From Bdellovibrionales bacterium (GTDB lineage: Bacteria > Bdellovibrionota > Bdellovibrionia > Bdellovibrionales > UBA1609), in the NCBI GenBank assembly GCA_041690295.1, contig JAWLHR010000012.1, positions 31,931 through 95,930 on the forward strand: a DNA stretch of 64,000 bases, written 5' to 3'. A model generated the notes under the pieces. That model ran no database searches. It saw only the letters and a list, made by a program, of their open reading frames with translations, and had not been told where the DNA came from. Position numbers and translations under genes: made by a program. Positions 27,601 to 37,333 of the stretch are shown here, in pieces (position 1 is the stretch's first letter; the number at the start of each line of letters is the position of its first letter).

Positions 27601-28427
27601 GCCTTTTCACCCATTTTCACCGGACCGATCTCAGTCTGTATTTCCGGAAATCCTTTTTCATACAAACAAACAACCGTCGATCCGAGATGAAAAATGCCGA
27701 TCTCATCACCCACACGGGTGGCCAAAGGCGGCGTATAAGTGCGATCGGTCGGCGCGTGCCAGAGCCACCTGTTGGTCACAATCGACGGATCCGGAGTGAT
27801 GGTCATATGGCCCACATTGGTGGCCCCCACCATCACCACCGTGAAGCGCCCTTCGGGGCTTACAAAATTCAACACCACCCGTTCGTTCAAACAAAAAAGC
27901 CGTTTGATGTTCGTCACGCTCCATTGATTCACCGGCCAAAGAAGACCCGGGATGTGCCGGGCCGACGCAAGCCCTCCGGTATGAGGCGCGTGCACGCGAT
28001 GATAATCGGCCGGACAAAGATAATACGTCCCGTAGGAGCCGCCCTCATAGGCTTGGGCCAGTTCCGCGTCGCCCAGAAACTCGGCCAGCGAGTAGGTCCA
28101 CCCCTTGGCCTGAACCAATTCCCCTTTTTGAATCACGCCTTTGGTGGAAAGCACGCCGTCCACCGGATGAATCCGTGAGCCCTGGATCGGGCGCGCGCCC
28201 GGCTTTAAACGCCTCGTGAAGAAGTCATCAAAACTTATATAACGGCGGCGCTCGGCCAGCGAAAGATCGATTTTGAAAATTTTCGCGAAAACCGGAATCG
28301 TGAAATAAGTTAGCGGCCAATGGGGCAAACGCATGAGTACGCCCACCGCGCGACTCATCAGGCGCTTCGGAAACCAGGGAAAAATCCATGAGAAAAAGAA
28401 ATCCGAGCAGGCTTTCATTGCCCACAT
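27597..28427 (-). CDS. psd: Phosphatidylserine decarboxylase proenzyme
   Basis: FFTRRLK, YLCPADYHRVH, NERV, VGATNVG, FHLGST self-cleavage motif. Confidence 0.93.
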   Translation of the reverse strand: MWAMKACSDFFFSWIFPWFPKRLMSRAVGVLMRLPHWPLTYFTIPVFAKIFKIDLSLAERRRYISFDDFFTRRLKPGARPIQGSRIHPVDGVLSTKGVIQKGELVQAKGWTYSLAEFLGDAELAQAYEGGSYGTYYLCPADYHRVHAPHTGGLASARHIPGLLWPVNQWSVTNIKRLFCLNERVVLNFVSPEGRFTVVMVGATNVGHMTITPDPSIVTNRWLWHAPTDRTYTPPLATRVGDEIGIFHLGSTVVCLYEKGFPEIQTEIGPVKMGEKA

Positions 28428-28453
28428 GTTAGAGTCTCGTTACAAGGGAGTCC

Positions 28454-30013
28454 ATGAGTCGCACCCTGCGCAATATAGTCCTTGGATTGGACGATTCCCT
28501 TGAGGAACACCTGTCCTGGCTCGTCCCCGATCATGGCGAGTTCAGAATTCTTCGCCAATCCATTGATGCCAGGCGCCGCCATGATCCCCGCATGGTGTAC
28601 TCAGTGGAAGTCTTCGATCGCGGTGAAAAGATCGGCAAACCCAAAATCGAATTGGAAAAGGTGAAGGGTTATAAAGGACTCCCGGTGGTGATCCTCGGCG
28701 CGGGGCCCGCGGGATTGTTCGCGGCTTTGCGGCTCAGTGAGCGCGGTGTTCCCTGCATTCTTCTCGAGCAAGGCTCGGTGACGGAAAAGCGTGTGATCGC
28801 CATTGGTAAATTCTGGCGCCGGGGTGAACTCGATCCGCTCAACAATGTGGGTTTTGGCGAAGGTGGCGCGGGGCTCTTTTCCGACGGCAAGTTGATCACC
28901 AGAATCAAATCCGAACACATCCCCTATGTGATGCAGCGGCTGGTTCAGTTCGGCGCGCCCCCGGAAATCGAATACCTGGCCAACCCCCATGTGGGCTCGG
29001 ATCGGATCCGGCGTGTGATTCCCAAACTGCGCGAACACCTGCTCGCGCTGGGTGCCGACCTGCGCTTTGACTCAAAAGTCACGGAGATTGAACTTTCATC
29101 GTCCTCAGGGCCATCGGCGGTGACGGCCGTACGCTTGGCGAATGGTGAGCGGATCCCCTGTGAACGGTTGATTCTGGCCTGCGGCCATTCCGCTGAAGAT
29201 TTATTCACGCATCTGCGCGATATCGGGGTTCATATAGAAGGTAAATCCTTCGCCGTGGGATTACGAATTGAACATCCTCAAGACTACATCAATGAGATTC
29301 AATACCGGCAGTACAAAGATCATCCGAAATTAGGCGCGGCCAACTATAAGCTGGCCTTTCACGATCAAGCAGCTGATGTCGGCGTTTACAGTTTTTGCAT
29401 GTGTCCTGGCGGATACGTGCTTTCCTGCGCGACTTCACCGGATCGGATCGTCAGCAACGGCATGAGCAATTACAAACGCAATTCGCGCTTTGCGAACTCG
29501 GCGTTAGTGGTCACGGTGAACCATGCCAAAAGCTTCGAGGATACTTTCGGCGGACTTGAATTTCGCCGGCAACTGGAGAATCGAGCCTTTATTTTGGCTC
29601 GGGAAGCGGGCGCCCGGAACGAACTCCCGGCGCAAACGCTTCCCTCCTTCCTCGAAGGCAAGTCCTCGCCCGTCGGCGAATCGTCCTGCCCGTCCGGCGT
29701 CGTCTCCACCCGCTTGGACCTCTTAATGGGAGAAGAATTCAAAAAACATCTCTGGACCGCGCTTCAGACGTTTGATCGCCGTATGAAAGGCTTCATATCC
29801 GATAAGGCCCTGCTCCACGGGGTGGAATCGCGCACCTCATGCCCGATCCGAATCACTCGTGATCCACAAACTTTGCAATCGCTCTCTCATCAAGGCCTTT
29901 ATCCGTGTGGCGAAGGGGCCGGCTATGCCGGCGGCATCACGAGCGCCGCCTGTGACGGTATTCGAGTGGCGGATGCGATTGTTGCAAGAAACCACCGCAA
30001 TCAGAGTGCATAA
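28454..30013 (+). CDS. NAD(P)/FAD-dependent oxidoreductase
   Basis: GAGPAG, GEGGAGLFSDGKL, FCMCPGG, GEGAGYAGGITSAA. Confidence 0.9.
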   Translation: MSRTLRNIVLGLDDSLEEHLSWLVPDHGEFRILRQSIDARRRHDPRMVYSVEVFDRGEKIGKPKIELEKVKGYKGLPVVILGAGPAGLFAALRLSERGVPCILLEQGSVTEKRVIAIGKFWRRGELDPLNNVGFGEGGAGLFSDGKLITRIKSEHIPYVMQRLVQFGAPPEIEYLANPHVGSDRIRRVIPKLREHLLALGADLRFDSKVTEIELSSSSGPSAVTAVRLANGERIPCERLILACGHSAEDLFTHLRDIGVHIEGKSFAVGLRIEHPQDYINEIQYRQYKDHPKLGAANYKLAFHDQAADVGVYSFCMCPGGYVLSCATSPDRIVSNGMSNYKRNSRFANSALVVTVNHAKSFEDTFGGLEFRRQLENRAFILAREAGARNELPAQTLPSFLEGKSSPVGESSCPSGVVSTRLDLLMGEEFKKHLWTALQTFDRRMKGFISDKALLHGVESRTSCPIRITRDPQTLQSLSHQGLYPCGEGAGYAGGITSAACDGIRVADAIVARNHRNQSA

Positions 30014-30092
30014 ATAAACACAATAGAACCATCGCACAATTTTCCATTTAAAACTTGAATGCCTGTGATTCTTTGGTTAACCGGGCCTCAAC

Positions 30093-30767
30093 ATGAAAAT
30101 CATGCGGCTTTTTTTGCTCCTGATCCTCGGGATCGGACCGGGTCAGTTCATATGGGCCCACCAGGGCTTCGTTCAGCTGTATGACTGTGAAATCGATCTC
30201 CTCGCCCCCCGCCCATGGGCCACGCCCCAAATTATTGTTCCTGAAGATCTGGCGAACACGTATCTCATCGCCGACGAAAGAGAATTTGAGCGAATCCTCG
30301 CCAAACACCATGCCTGGGCGGTTCCCGCTTCCAGGGACGAAAACGAGCTTCTCCTTCCATCAGTGGAAAAAATGATGATCGTGCGGTTTAAGGCGGTGGA
30401 CAATAACCTATTGGTCACTCAGCTCCAGCCCGCGGACGAAAACGCCCAACGTGATTATTGGCGACGGATCGCCAATCACCATCATATCGCCTCTGTCTTC
30501 AGCGATCTTGGCCCGGACATGAAGGAATCCATCCTGATCAGCGGCCCCGTGCTGGTGAAACTGATCGTAAAACATGATTTCACATTCGATGAAATCGCGG
30601 CGATTTTAATCGAAACGCAAAAAGGCGAAGTTTTCCGACGTAAAGATGTCTTTCGGTCAATCACCCATTACGGCGGTGTGTTTTATGAGGTGCTGATCGC
30701 CTACGAGGACAATCGCCCGGCCCGTTTGGTCACGATTTATCCCGTAGGCCAAATAAAAGTGAATTAA
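30093..30767 (+). CDS. Hypothetical secreted protein
   Basis: Signal peptide; C-terminus loosely BrnT/DUF4258-like (see findings). Confidence 0.6.
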   Translation: MKIMRLFLLLILGIGPGQFIWAHQGFVQLYDCEIDLLAPRPWATPQIIVPEDLANTYLIADEREFERILAKHHAWAVPASRDENELLLPSVEKMMIVRFKAVDNNLLVTQLQPADENAQRDYWRRIANHHHIASVFSDLGPDMKESILISGPVLVKLIVKHDFTFDEIAAILIETQKGEVFRRKDVFRSITHYGGVFYEVLIAYEDNRPARLVTIYPVGQIKVN

Positions 30768-31819
30768 ACCGCCGGTTCCGCGTCGGTGTTGCCGTCGCTG
30801 TCTTCAAGCAACCCTTCCGTCACCATGGCCACTTCTTCGGCCTGTTCAGCGGACTCAGCCTTTTGCGCCTCGTAACGCTCCAACCAGCGGCGATCTTTCT
30901 CGTCGATTTCTTCACCGACAGCGAGCGCTTCACGAAGATTTTGCGCCCGCTCCGCGTCCCGCTTCTCGCGCATCCGCTGTTTTTCTTGCTCAAAGAACTC
31001 ACTGCTGGTCGAGATCTGGCTCAATTCATCGGTGATTTGCAAAAGTTCTTCTTCACCTTCCGAATAAGACGTTCCCGCCACTTCCTCGGAAAGCTCTTCC
31101 GTCAAATCGCCCAACGTTTCTTTCTTTTCTTCGTCGCCGATGCCTTCGGGGATCAGCTGGTCGATTTCATGAAGTGAAGGAAGTTCTTTAATGTTACGAA
31201 GACCAAAGACCTCAAGGAACTTTCGAGTCGTTTCATAATACATGGGTTTACCGGGCAGCTCACTTCGTTCGCCGAAGTTCACCAGGCCTTTTTCCATGAG
31301 CGCGCGCAAAAGATGCCCGGATTCCACACCGCGAATTTCATCGATTTGCGCTTTCGTCACCGGCTGTTTATAGGCCACGATCGATAAGACCTCGAGCGCC
31401 GGCCCTGAAAGTTTAAAAGGCTTCGGTTTCACCGACTGGCGAAGGTACTTCATATTTTCCGGTTTGGTTCGCAACTGAAAACCGCCGCCAACCTCATCCA
31501 GGCTGAAACCACGGAAGGACTCGTTGTATTCTTCCTGTAAGGCCTGGAGCGCCTCGCGAATATCCTTGGACCGAACTTGTGTGCCTTTGAATGATTGCTT
31601 GATCACCGCGATACTCAGAGGCTTATCGGTCGCGAACAAAACGCTCTCGACAATGGAGCGGATCTGCTCGGGCGAGAGCGTTTCAACCTCTTCAATTTCC
31701 GCCGACTCGAATCCCTCAAGTTCCGTGCCCTGAAGATCCATCGACTCTTCCGATTCTTCCGTGGCTTGCTCTTTCAGATCGTCTTGCGGGTCAAAGTCGA
31801 TTCCATCCTGCTCCATCAT
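30764..31819 (-). CDS. scpB: SMC-Scp complex subunit ScpB with acidic extensions
   Basis: LSGPALEVLSIVAYKQPVTKAQIDEIRGV, TTRKFLEVFGL. Confidence 0.95.
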   Translation of the reverse strand: MMEQDGIDFDPQDDLKEQATEESEESMDLQGTELEGFESAEIEEVETLSPEQIRSIVESVLFATDKPLSIAVIKQSFKGTQVRSKDIREALQALQEEYNESFRGFSLDEVGGGFQLRTKPENMKYLRQSVKPKPFKLSGPALEVLSIVAYKQPVTKAQIDEIRGVESGHLLRALMEKGLVNFGERSELPGKPMYYETTRKFLEVFGLRNIKELPSLHEIDQLIPEGIGDEEKKETLGDLTEELSEEVAGTSYSEGEEELLQITDELSQISTSSEFFEQEKQRMREKRDAERAQNLREALAVGEEIDEKDRRWLERYEAQKAESAEQAEEVAMVTEGLLEDSDGNTDAEPAV

Positions 31820-32790
31820 GCCTCCGAACTCTCAGGCGTGGTGAGGAATGACATGTATTCCAATCCCAGCCGTTTTTCCTCTTCTTCAATTTCCTCGTCG
31901 GTGGCCGCCTCGGCGTAACTTTCCACGGCCACGCTTTCCTCAGCCACATCCTCGGATATCACCGCGGATTCTTCTAAAGCCATATGCATTTGAACTTCGG
32001 CTTGCTCTTCCACTTCCGAATGAACGGACTCGTAATTTTCCACCTGGGAGACAACATCACGATCGATCGGCTTTTTGGCTTCAATATACAGATCCGAAAA
32101 TGCATCCGACTGAAATAAAGAGACAAAGCCCATTTTCGCCAGCTCCAAAAGTGACAAGAACGTCACCAGCGGTTGATTCACACCGTTGGAGCGATCCGTG
32201 ATTAATTCGTGAAAAACAATTTTCTTGCCGACCACCAAGAGGTCCCGAATTTCTAAAATCCGGCTGGCGATGGATTGAAGTTCGCCGATCACGTGATGGA
32301 CCGCCTTCTTCATATTCTTGACGGCTTTACGATAAGCCGCGATCAGCGAAAACAGCGGCTTATCTTCTAGAACCAGTTCGCCCTCTTCCAGTGATTCAAT
32401 GTTGGTGCGAAAACCCCGGGGGAAAACATCCCGGCCCATGATCGGCAGTCTATAAAGCTCGCCCGAAAGCTCTTTAATCTTTTTATACTCAAGAAGCTTT
32501 TGCACCAGCTCCTTGCGCGGGTCCTCCTGGATCTCCTCCCCTTCCTCATTATATTGGGGCAATAACAGCCGTGATTTGATGTGCAGAAGGGTCGCCGCCA
32601 TGGCGATGAACTCGCCCGCGACTTCCAGATCCAGGCGCCGCATGGCCTTAATGTATTCAAGGTATTGATGGGTGATCTGGTGGATATTGATATCGAAAAT
32701 ATCCATTTCCTGCTCGCGGATCAGGTGCAGGAGCAGTCCAAGAGGGCCCTCAAAACGTTCCAGTTGAACATGAATACTCATTGAGATCAT
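31816..32790 (-). CDS. scpA: Segregation/condensation protein ScpA
   Basis: FEGPLGLLLHLI, IKSRLLLP, DPRKELV, TFLSLLEL. Confidence 0.95.
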   Translation of the reverse strand: MISMSIHVQLERFEGPLGLLLHLIREQEMDIFDINIHQITHQYLEYIKAMRRLDLEVAGEFIAMAATLLHIKSRLLLPQYNEEGEEIQEDPRKELVQKLLEYKKIKELSGELYRLPIMGRDVFPRGFRTNIESLEEGELVLEDKPLFSLIAAYRKAVKNMKKAVHHVIGELQSIASRILEIRDLLVVGKKIVFHELITDRSNGVNQPLVTFLSLLELAKMGFVSLFQSDAFSDLYIEAKKPIDRDVVSQVENYESVHSEVEEQAEVQMHMALEESAVISEDVAEESVAVESYAEAATDEEIEEEEKRLGLEYMSFLTTPESSEA

Positions 32791-32814
32791 TTAAAGGCGC
32801 CCGTCTACTTTTTG

Positions 32815-32862
32815 CAACCCAATGCAACAAAATCCCAACGGATTTTTTGTTGCGTCGGGTTG
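32815..32862. terminator. Imperfect hairpin between the site-2 protease gene and scpA
   Basis: CAACCC-AATGCAACAAAA-TCC…GGA-TTTTTTGTTGCGTC-GGGTTG. Confidence 0.35.
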
Positions 32863-32869
32863 GAGGGCT

Positions 32870-33529
32870 CTACACAAAGAAATGGGCGATTTGAACGGAT
32901 AAATGCATAAGGAGAGACGACGCCCATAAAACAGGCACCGCCAGCATATGCCCGGCCATAAGAATAAAGACCAATAAAAAAATACTCAGGGTATTTTGAT
33001 TTTCCAGAAGCCAAAGGTTCCATCGGGCCGGCAAAAAGGGCTCCACGATCTTTCCCCCATCCAGGGGGTGAATGGGGATCAGGTTAAAAACCGCCAAAAA
33101 CAGGTTGATGCTGATAAACGTTTTCATCAGCTGCACAAGGGCGGAACTTGAACTATAGGCAAAAAGTAACGCCAAAATAACAGTCGCGACCAGCGCCAAT
33201 AAAACATTGGACATGGGGCCGGCCAGCGAAATCCAGAACATATCCATTCTGTGGTTTAAGTTTCGCGGATTCACCGGCACGGGACGGGCCCAACCAAAAA
33301 AGAACGGCGATGAAAGAACAATGGCCATGATCGGCAGCACCCAAGTCCCAATCGGATCCGCGTGGGCCATGGGATTCAAAGTCAAACGGCCCGAGAACTC
33401 GGCGGTCCGATCCCCCTTCATTTTGGCGACGAAAGCGTGGGCGAATTCATGAAAACAAAGCGCGAACAAAAACGGGACAAAAAAGATACCCAGCCGCGCG
33501 CCAATCTCGATCATGTTCATGTCTGTCAT
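32870..33529 (-). CDS. Site-2 protease (peptidase M50 family)
   Basis: HEFAH, GRLTLNP, AGP, FNLIPIHPLDGG; ATG overlaps the upstream TGA. Confidence 0.93.
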   Translation of the reverse strand: MTDMNMIEIGARLGIFFVPFLFALCFHEFAHAFVAKMKGDRTAEFSGRLTLNPMAHADPIGTWVLPIMAIVLSSPFFFGWARPVPVNPRNLNHRMDMFWISLAGPMSNVLLALVATVILALLFAYSSSSALVQLMKTFISINLFLAVFNLIPIHPLDGGKIVEPFLPARWNLWLLENQNTLSIFLLVFILMAGHMLAVPVLWASSLLMHLSVQIAHFFV

Positions 33530-35382
33530 GGACGTAACTGTATCAGAACGCCGGTGCGATGGAAACAACGTTTGGCCTGAACTTGAACCTCACGAAACTC
33601 GGGGCTGCGATACTCCGTTCGCCGGATGAAAGGTTGTTTGAGAACCACGGTTTGCACGATCAAAAGATCGTTGTTATCAACCGTGACCGTACGCTCCAAA
33701 TCCATCCATCGAGATTGAATTCGGCAGGCAGGTGGAGCCGATTGCGCCAAGCGAACATTGATCAAGCGCCGGGCGGCGATGAAGTGGTAGGGGTTATCGG
33801 CCAACCTTAGATCGCTTTCCCGATCCTCGGTTTCATAAAAAGCGCCTTCCAGAAATCCATCGGGGATCACCCAAAAATGATCAGCGCCGGCATTGTAACC
33901 GATTCGTCCCGACTCGTATTCCAGTTCGATTTCCATGTCTTTCAGACGGCGATCGGAACGCGGTTCTTTCTTGAATTTATAAGAGCGCACTTCCTGGCCC
34001 TCACTGAAATAATCCAATGTACTGGTCAAAACACTCGATCGTGAATTTAAGAATAAATCATTGGCCAAGCGGAACGGACCGAAGTTTTTGAGCCGCGCCA
34101 GAACGTTGACCTTCACCCGGTCTTCACCGAGAAATCGATAGGTGTGCTCATGAAAATGCTGAAAATGCTTCGGTTCGGATTTCGCGAGCCGCACGAAGCG
34201 GCCCCCTTCTTTGGAAATCACCCAGGCGGGTCGTCCGCTGATATCGTAATTCGGATGCAACGATGCCACCGGATTGGTGGGGTCCAACCAATAGCGGTTT
34301 TGATCCGTTTGCACGGTCAAGACCGCGTGATTGAAGCGGTAAATAGAGGGAAGATTGTAATCCGGCGCTTCACCATAGGGGTTTTCTCCCCGGCGGACGA
34401 GCGCCACACGGGCATTCAAGCCAAGTTCGCGCAAGAGCCGGGTCACAAGGATGGAAAGATCCTTGCAGTCGCCGTAGCGTGACGCCTCGATCTCCGCGAG
34501 TGTCCTTGGCACCAGTCCACCATTATGCCTTCGCCAATCGCCGAAATAACGAAACTCCACGCTCATCTTTTCCAAAATGGACAGCATTTTCTCTTCGGGA
34601 GTTTTCTTGCGCTTGGCCTCGCGGACCCAGCTCTCAAGCTTGGACGGCAACTTTTCGTCGAGGATTTTTTCATATTCTTTTTCGATTTCACTTAGAAACG
34701 GCGCCCAGTCCTTCTCGGTGGAGAGCCAAACCTGCGAACTTCCCGCCGGGTGGAACCAGGCGTTCTTTTCGGCATGAACCCAGCCCGGCAGGGTTTTGCG
34801 ATTGGACACTTCAAAAAATTTGTTCTTGTTGTTCAACCGGTACTTGAGATAGCGACCCGGATCCGAAATTTCATGAAAGAGCGGGCGTTCGGAGCGGACC
34901 GTGATCTTCATGTCTTTGATGTGAATCCAAGGTGAGAAGCTGAACCACGCGGACCACCGATCCTGGAGAAGCGGCTTCTTATTCACGATCCGGTATTTGA
35001 TGTGAAGCCTTGAGCCCACTTGCACTTGCGGATAGACCACCTTTCGGATTCGTAAAGCATCATAATCGCGCGAATCCCCTTTATCGCGATCTTCAATGGC
35101 CGATGCGGGGACCGGGTAACGGTTCTTGCCGTTTTCGGTGAAGGCTTCGATCACTTCCGGCTCGTCGGTCGCCGAATTGTATTCGATTGAAAAAATACTG
35201 GCGTTCACCTTGGCGTCATCGCTTTGGACCTTAATGATTTCGTGCACGGTTTGGGTGTAGGTCCCGTCCTTTCGCACGTCGACCGCGACATGCAATCGAT
35301 CGATCACCGTCGGTGACTCGTCGATTTTGAGCCAGCGCGCTTGCGCGTTCGAAAAGGTGAAAAACAAAACTAACAGCCACAT
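33526..35382 (-). CDS. DUF3857 / transglutaminase-like domain protein
   Basis: Signal peptide; GDCKD, FNHAV and WLDPT supply a Cys-His-Asp triad. Confidence 0.88.
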   Translation of the reverse strand: MWLLVLFFTFSNAQARWLKIDESPTVIDRLHVAVDVRKDGTYTQTVHEIIKVQSDDAKVNASIFSIEYNSATDEPEVIEAFTENGKNRYPVPASAIEDRDKGDSRDYDALRIRKVVYPQVQVGSRLHIKYRIVNKKPLLQDRWSAWFSFSPWIHIKDMKITVRSERPLFHEISDPGRYLKYRLNNKNKFFEVSNRKTLPGWVHAEKNAWFHPAGSSQVWLSTEKDWAPFLSEIEKEYEKILDEKLPSKLESWVREAKRKKTPEEKMLSILEKMSVEFRYFGDWRRHNGGLVPRTLAEIEASRYGDCKDLSILVTRLLRELGLNARVALVRRGENPYGEAPDYNLPSIYRFNHAVLTVQTDQNRYWLDPTNPVASLHPNYDISGRPAWVISKEGGRFVRLAKSEPKHFQHFHEHTYRFLGEDRVKVNVLARLKNFGPFRLANDLFLNSRSSVLTSTLDYFSEGQEVRSYKFKKEPRSDRRLKDMEIELEYESGRIGYNAGADHFWVIPDGFLEGAFYETEDRESDLRLADNPYHFIAARRLINVRLAQSAPPACRIQSRWMDLERTVTVDNNDLLIVQTVVLKQPFIRRTEYRSPEFREVQVQAKRCFHRTGVLIQLRP

Positions 35383-35478
35383 TTTAACCAGCCTTTGGGT
35401 GAGTTTTAAGCCCGATCAAGGACTTGACCTCGCGCCCTTTCCTTTATCCAGAGAGGGTCTTGAGCCGATACAGGATAA

Positions 35479-36891
35479 GTGAAAAAGGTCATTTTCGACA
35501 ACATCCACGGCTATATCACTCTCAACCGCGTCGAAACCCGAATCCTTGAAACTCTTTATTATCAACGCCTTCGTTGGATCCGCCAGCTGGGCTTTAGTTT
35601 TTATATCTTTCCAGGCGCCACACACACTCGACATGCTCATGCTTTAGGCGTCAGTCACGTGATGGATCGAATCCTTCGCGCGCTCGGCCTGGCCACGACC
35701 GATGACAAACTCTTTGATCCCAAAGCCCATGACGACAAAACCACATTCCATCGCATGATGCGGCTTGCGGCCATGCTTCACGACATTGGCACGTTTCCGT
35801 TTTCCCATTCGGTCGAAATGGCTTACATCAACTTCTGGCGCCATCAGGCCGAAGTCGGAAAACCCAAGTACGTCGCCAATCACGAAACCTTGGGCATGCA
35901 CATCATCCAAAACACCGATTTTGAAGGCGGCATCACACGCATTCTCAAAGAAGAAGGCATCGATCCGATGGAGCTTTCGCGGATCATCTCAGGAAAGTCA
36001 GACAATCTTCTGGCCAATCAGCTCATGCACGCCGATGTGGACGCCGACCGGATGGATTATTTGATTCGCGACGCCCACCACACGGGCGTTAAAATCGGTC
36101 TGTTTGACTTGGACTTTTTGATCCGCTCATTACGTCTTCACCAGGCGAACGGCCATTCCATGCTCTGTATTCACGAAGACGGAATTAACGTGGTCGATTC
36201 TTTTCTCGTCTCCCGTTATTTCTGGTATTCGCAAATCATCCACGAGGGAACCGGGTACAAGTTCGATCTGCTTGCCGCCAAAATCTGCGAATACTTCCTG
36301 GAGAATAAACTCTCTTACTCGTTCGAGAACCTCGTGGAAAAAGTGGTCATGAACCCCAATGAGTACTTCACCTTCAACGACTCTTATTTCATGGCCAAGT
36401 TGCACGAGTACTTGGCCGGACGGATTAAACATCCGATGATCGGCGAGTTGAGCGAGATGCTGGCGCGACGGGCTCCACCCGCCCAAATCCGTGTCGCTCC
36501 TTTAAAGCCCACGGTGGTTCGCGACGAAGAGCATCGCCGCGAACTCGTTCACCAGTGCCGAAAAGCCGTGGCCTGGCTCAAAGAGGAATTGGCCGCAATT
36601 GATAAAGAAGCGTGGCTCATCGACGACATCCCCACCCGCGATGTGATGTTCACGCGCAACGTGGAATCGCTAAAGAAGGACAAAAAACATCCGGTGAACT
36701 CCAGCGACTCGGTGAAAGTTCTCACCCGCCATGGCGAACTCAGACTTTTGGTGGATGTTTCACAATCGTTGATGAAGGTTTTGAGCCAATATCGAAATTT
36801 TATCCCTCGGGTTTACCTCAGCACCACGGCCTATGAAAAACTCGAGAAAAAAGGCGTGCTCGAAAAAATGCGGAGCATGAGCTGGGATTAG
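35479..36891 (+). CDS. HD-domain phosphohydrolase (SAMHD1/YwfO-like)
   Basis: QRLRWIRQLG, PGATHTR, HDIG, PFSH, DADRMDYLIRD. Confidence 0.9.
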   Translation: MKKVIFDNIHGYITLNRVETRILETLYYQRLRWIRQLGFSFYIFPGATHTRHAHALGVSHVMDRILRALGLATTDDKLFDPKAHDDKTTFHRMMRLAAMLHDIGTFPFSHSVEMAYINFWRHQAEVGKPKYVANHETLGMHIIQNTDFEGGITRILKEEGIDPMELSRIISGKSDNLLANQLMHADVDADRMDYLIRDAHHTGVKIGLFDLDFLIRSLRLHQANGHSMLCIHEDGINVVDSFLVSRYFWYSQIIHEGTGYKFDLLAAKICEYFLENKLSYSFENLVEKVVMNPNEYFTFNDSYFMAKLHEYLAGRIKHPMIGELSEMLARRAPPAQIRVAPLKPTVVRDEEHRRELVHQCRKAVAWLKEELAAIDKEAWLIDDIPTRDVMFTRNVESLKKDKKHPVNSSDSVKVLTRHGELRLLVDVSQSLMKVLSQYRNFIPRVYLSTTAYEKLEKKGVLEKMRSMSWD

Positions 36892-36894
36892 CCC

Positions 36895-37281
36895 TCAAAT
36901 CACCTGGTGTATCTCTTTAACAATATCCGTGGTCGGAGTGCCCGGACCGAAAACTGCCGCGACCCCTTGAGACTTTAGAAGCTTTGCATCATCAGGCGGG
37001 ATGATGCCGCCAACGAACACAGGAATCTTAACTCCCTTATCCTTCATGAGATTCATGACCGCGGTCACCAATGGAACATGGGCCCCGGACAAAATGGAAA
37101 GCCCAATGATGGCCACATCCTCCTGAATCGCGGCTTCCACCACCATCTCGGGCGTTTGATGAAGGCCGGTATAGATGACCTCGAAGCCCGCGTCGCGGAG
37201 CGCCCGCGCGACCACCTTGGCGCCACGATCATGGCCGTCCAACCCGGGTTTGGCGATTAAGACTCGTATGGGAGTTTGCAT
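36895..37281 (-). CDS. Stand-alone cobalamin-binding subunit (acyl-CoA mutase C-terminal-domain type)
   Basis: [24 protein letters not shown]; start at MQTPIRV, not the 247-aa ORF start. Confidence 0.92.
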   Translation of the reverse strand: MQTPIRVLIAKPGLDGHDRGAKVVARALRDAGFEVIYTGLHQTPEMVVEAAIQEDVAIIGLSILSGAHVPLVTAVMNLMKDKGVKIPVFVGGIIPPDDAKLLKSQGVAAVFGPGTPTTDIVKEIHQVI

Positions 37282-37333
37282 TCCCGAAGAATTTAACCTA
37301 ACAATCGAATGAGTCAATATAAAGGAGTCAGCC

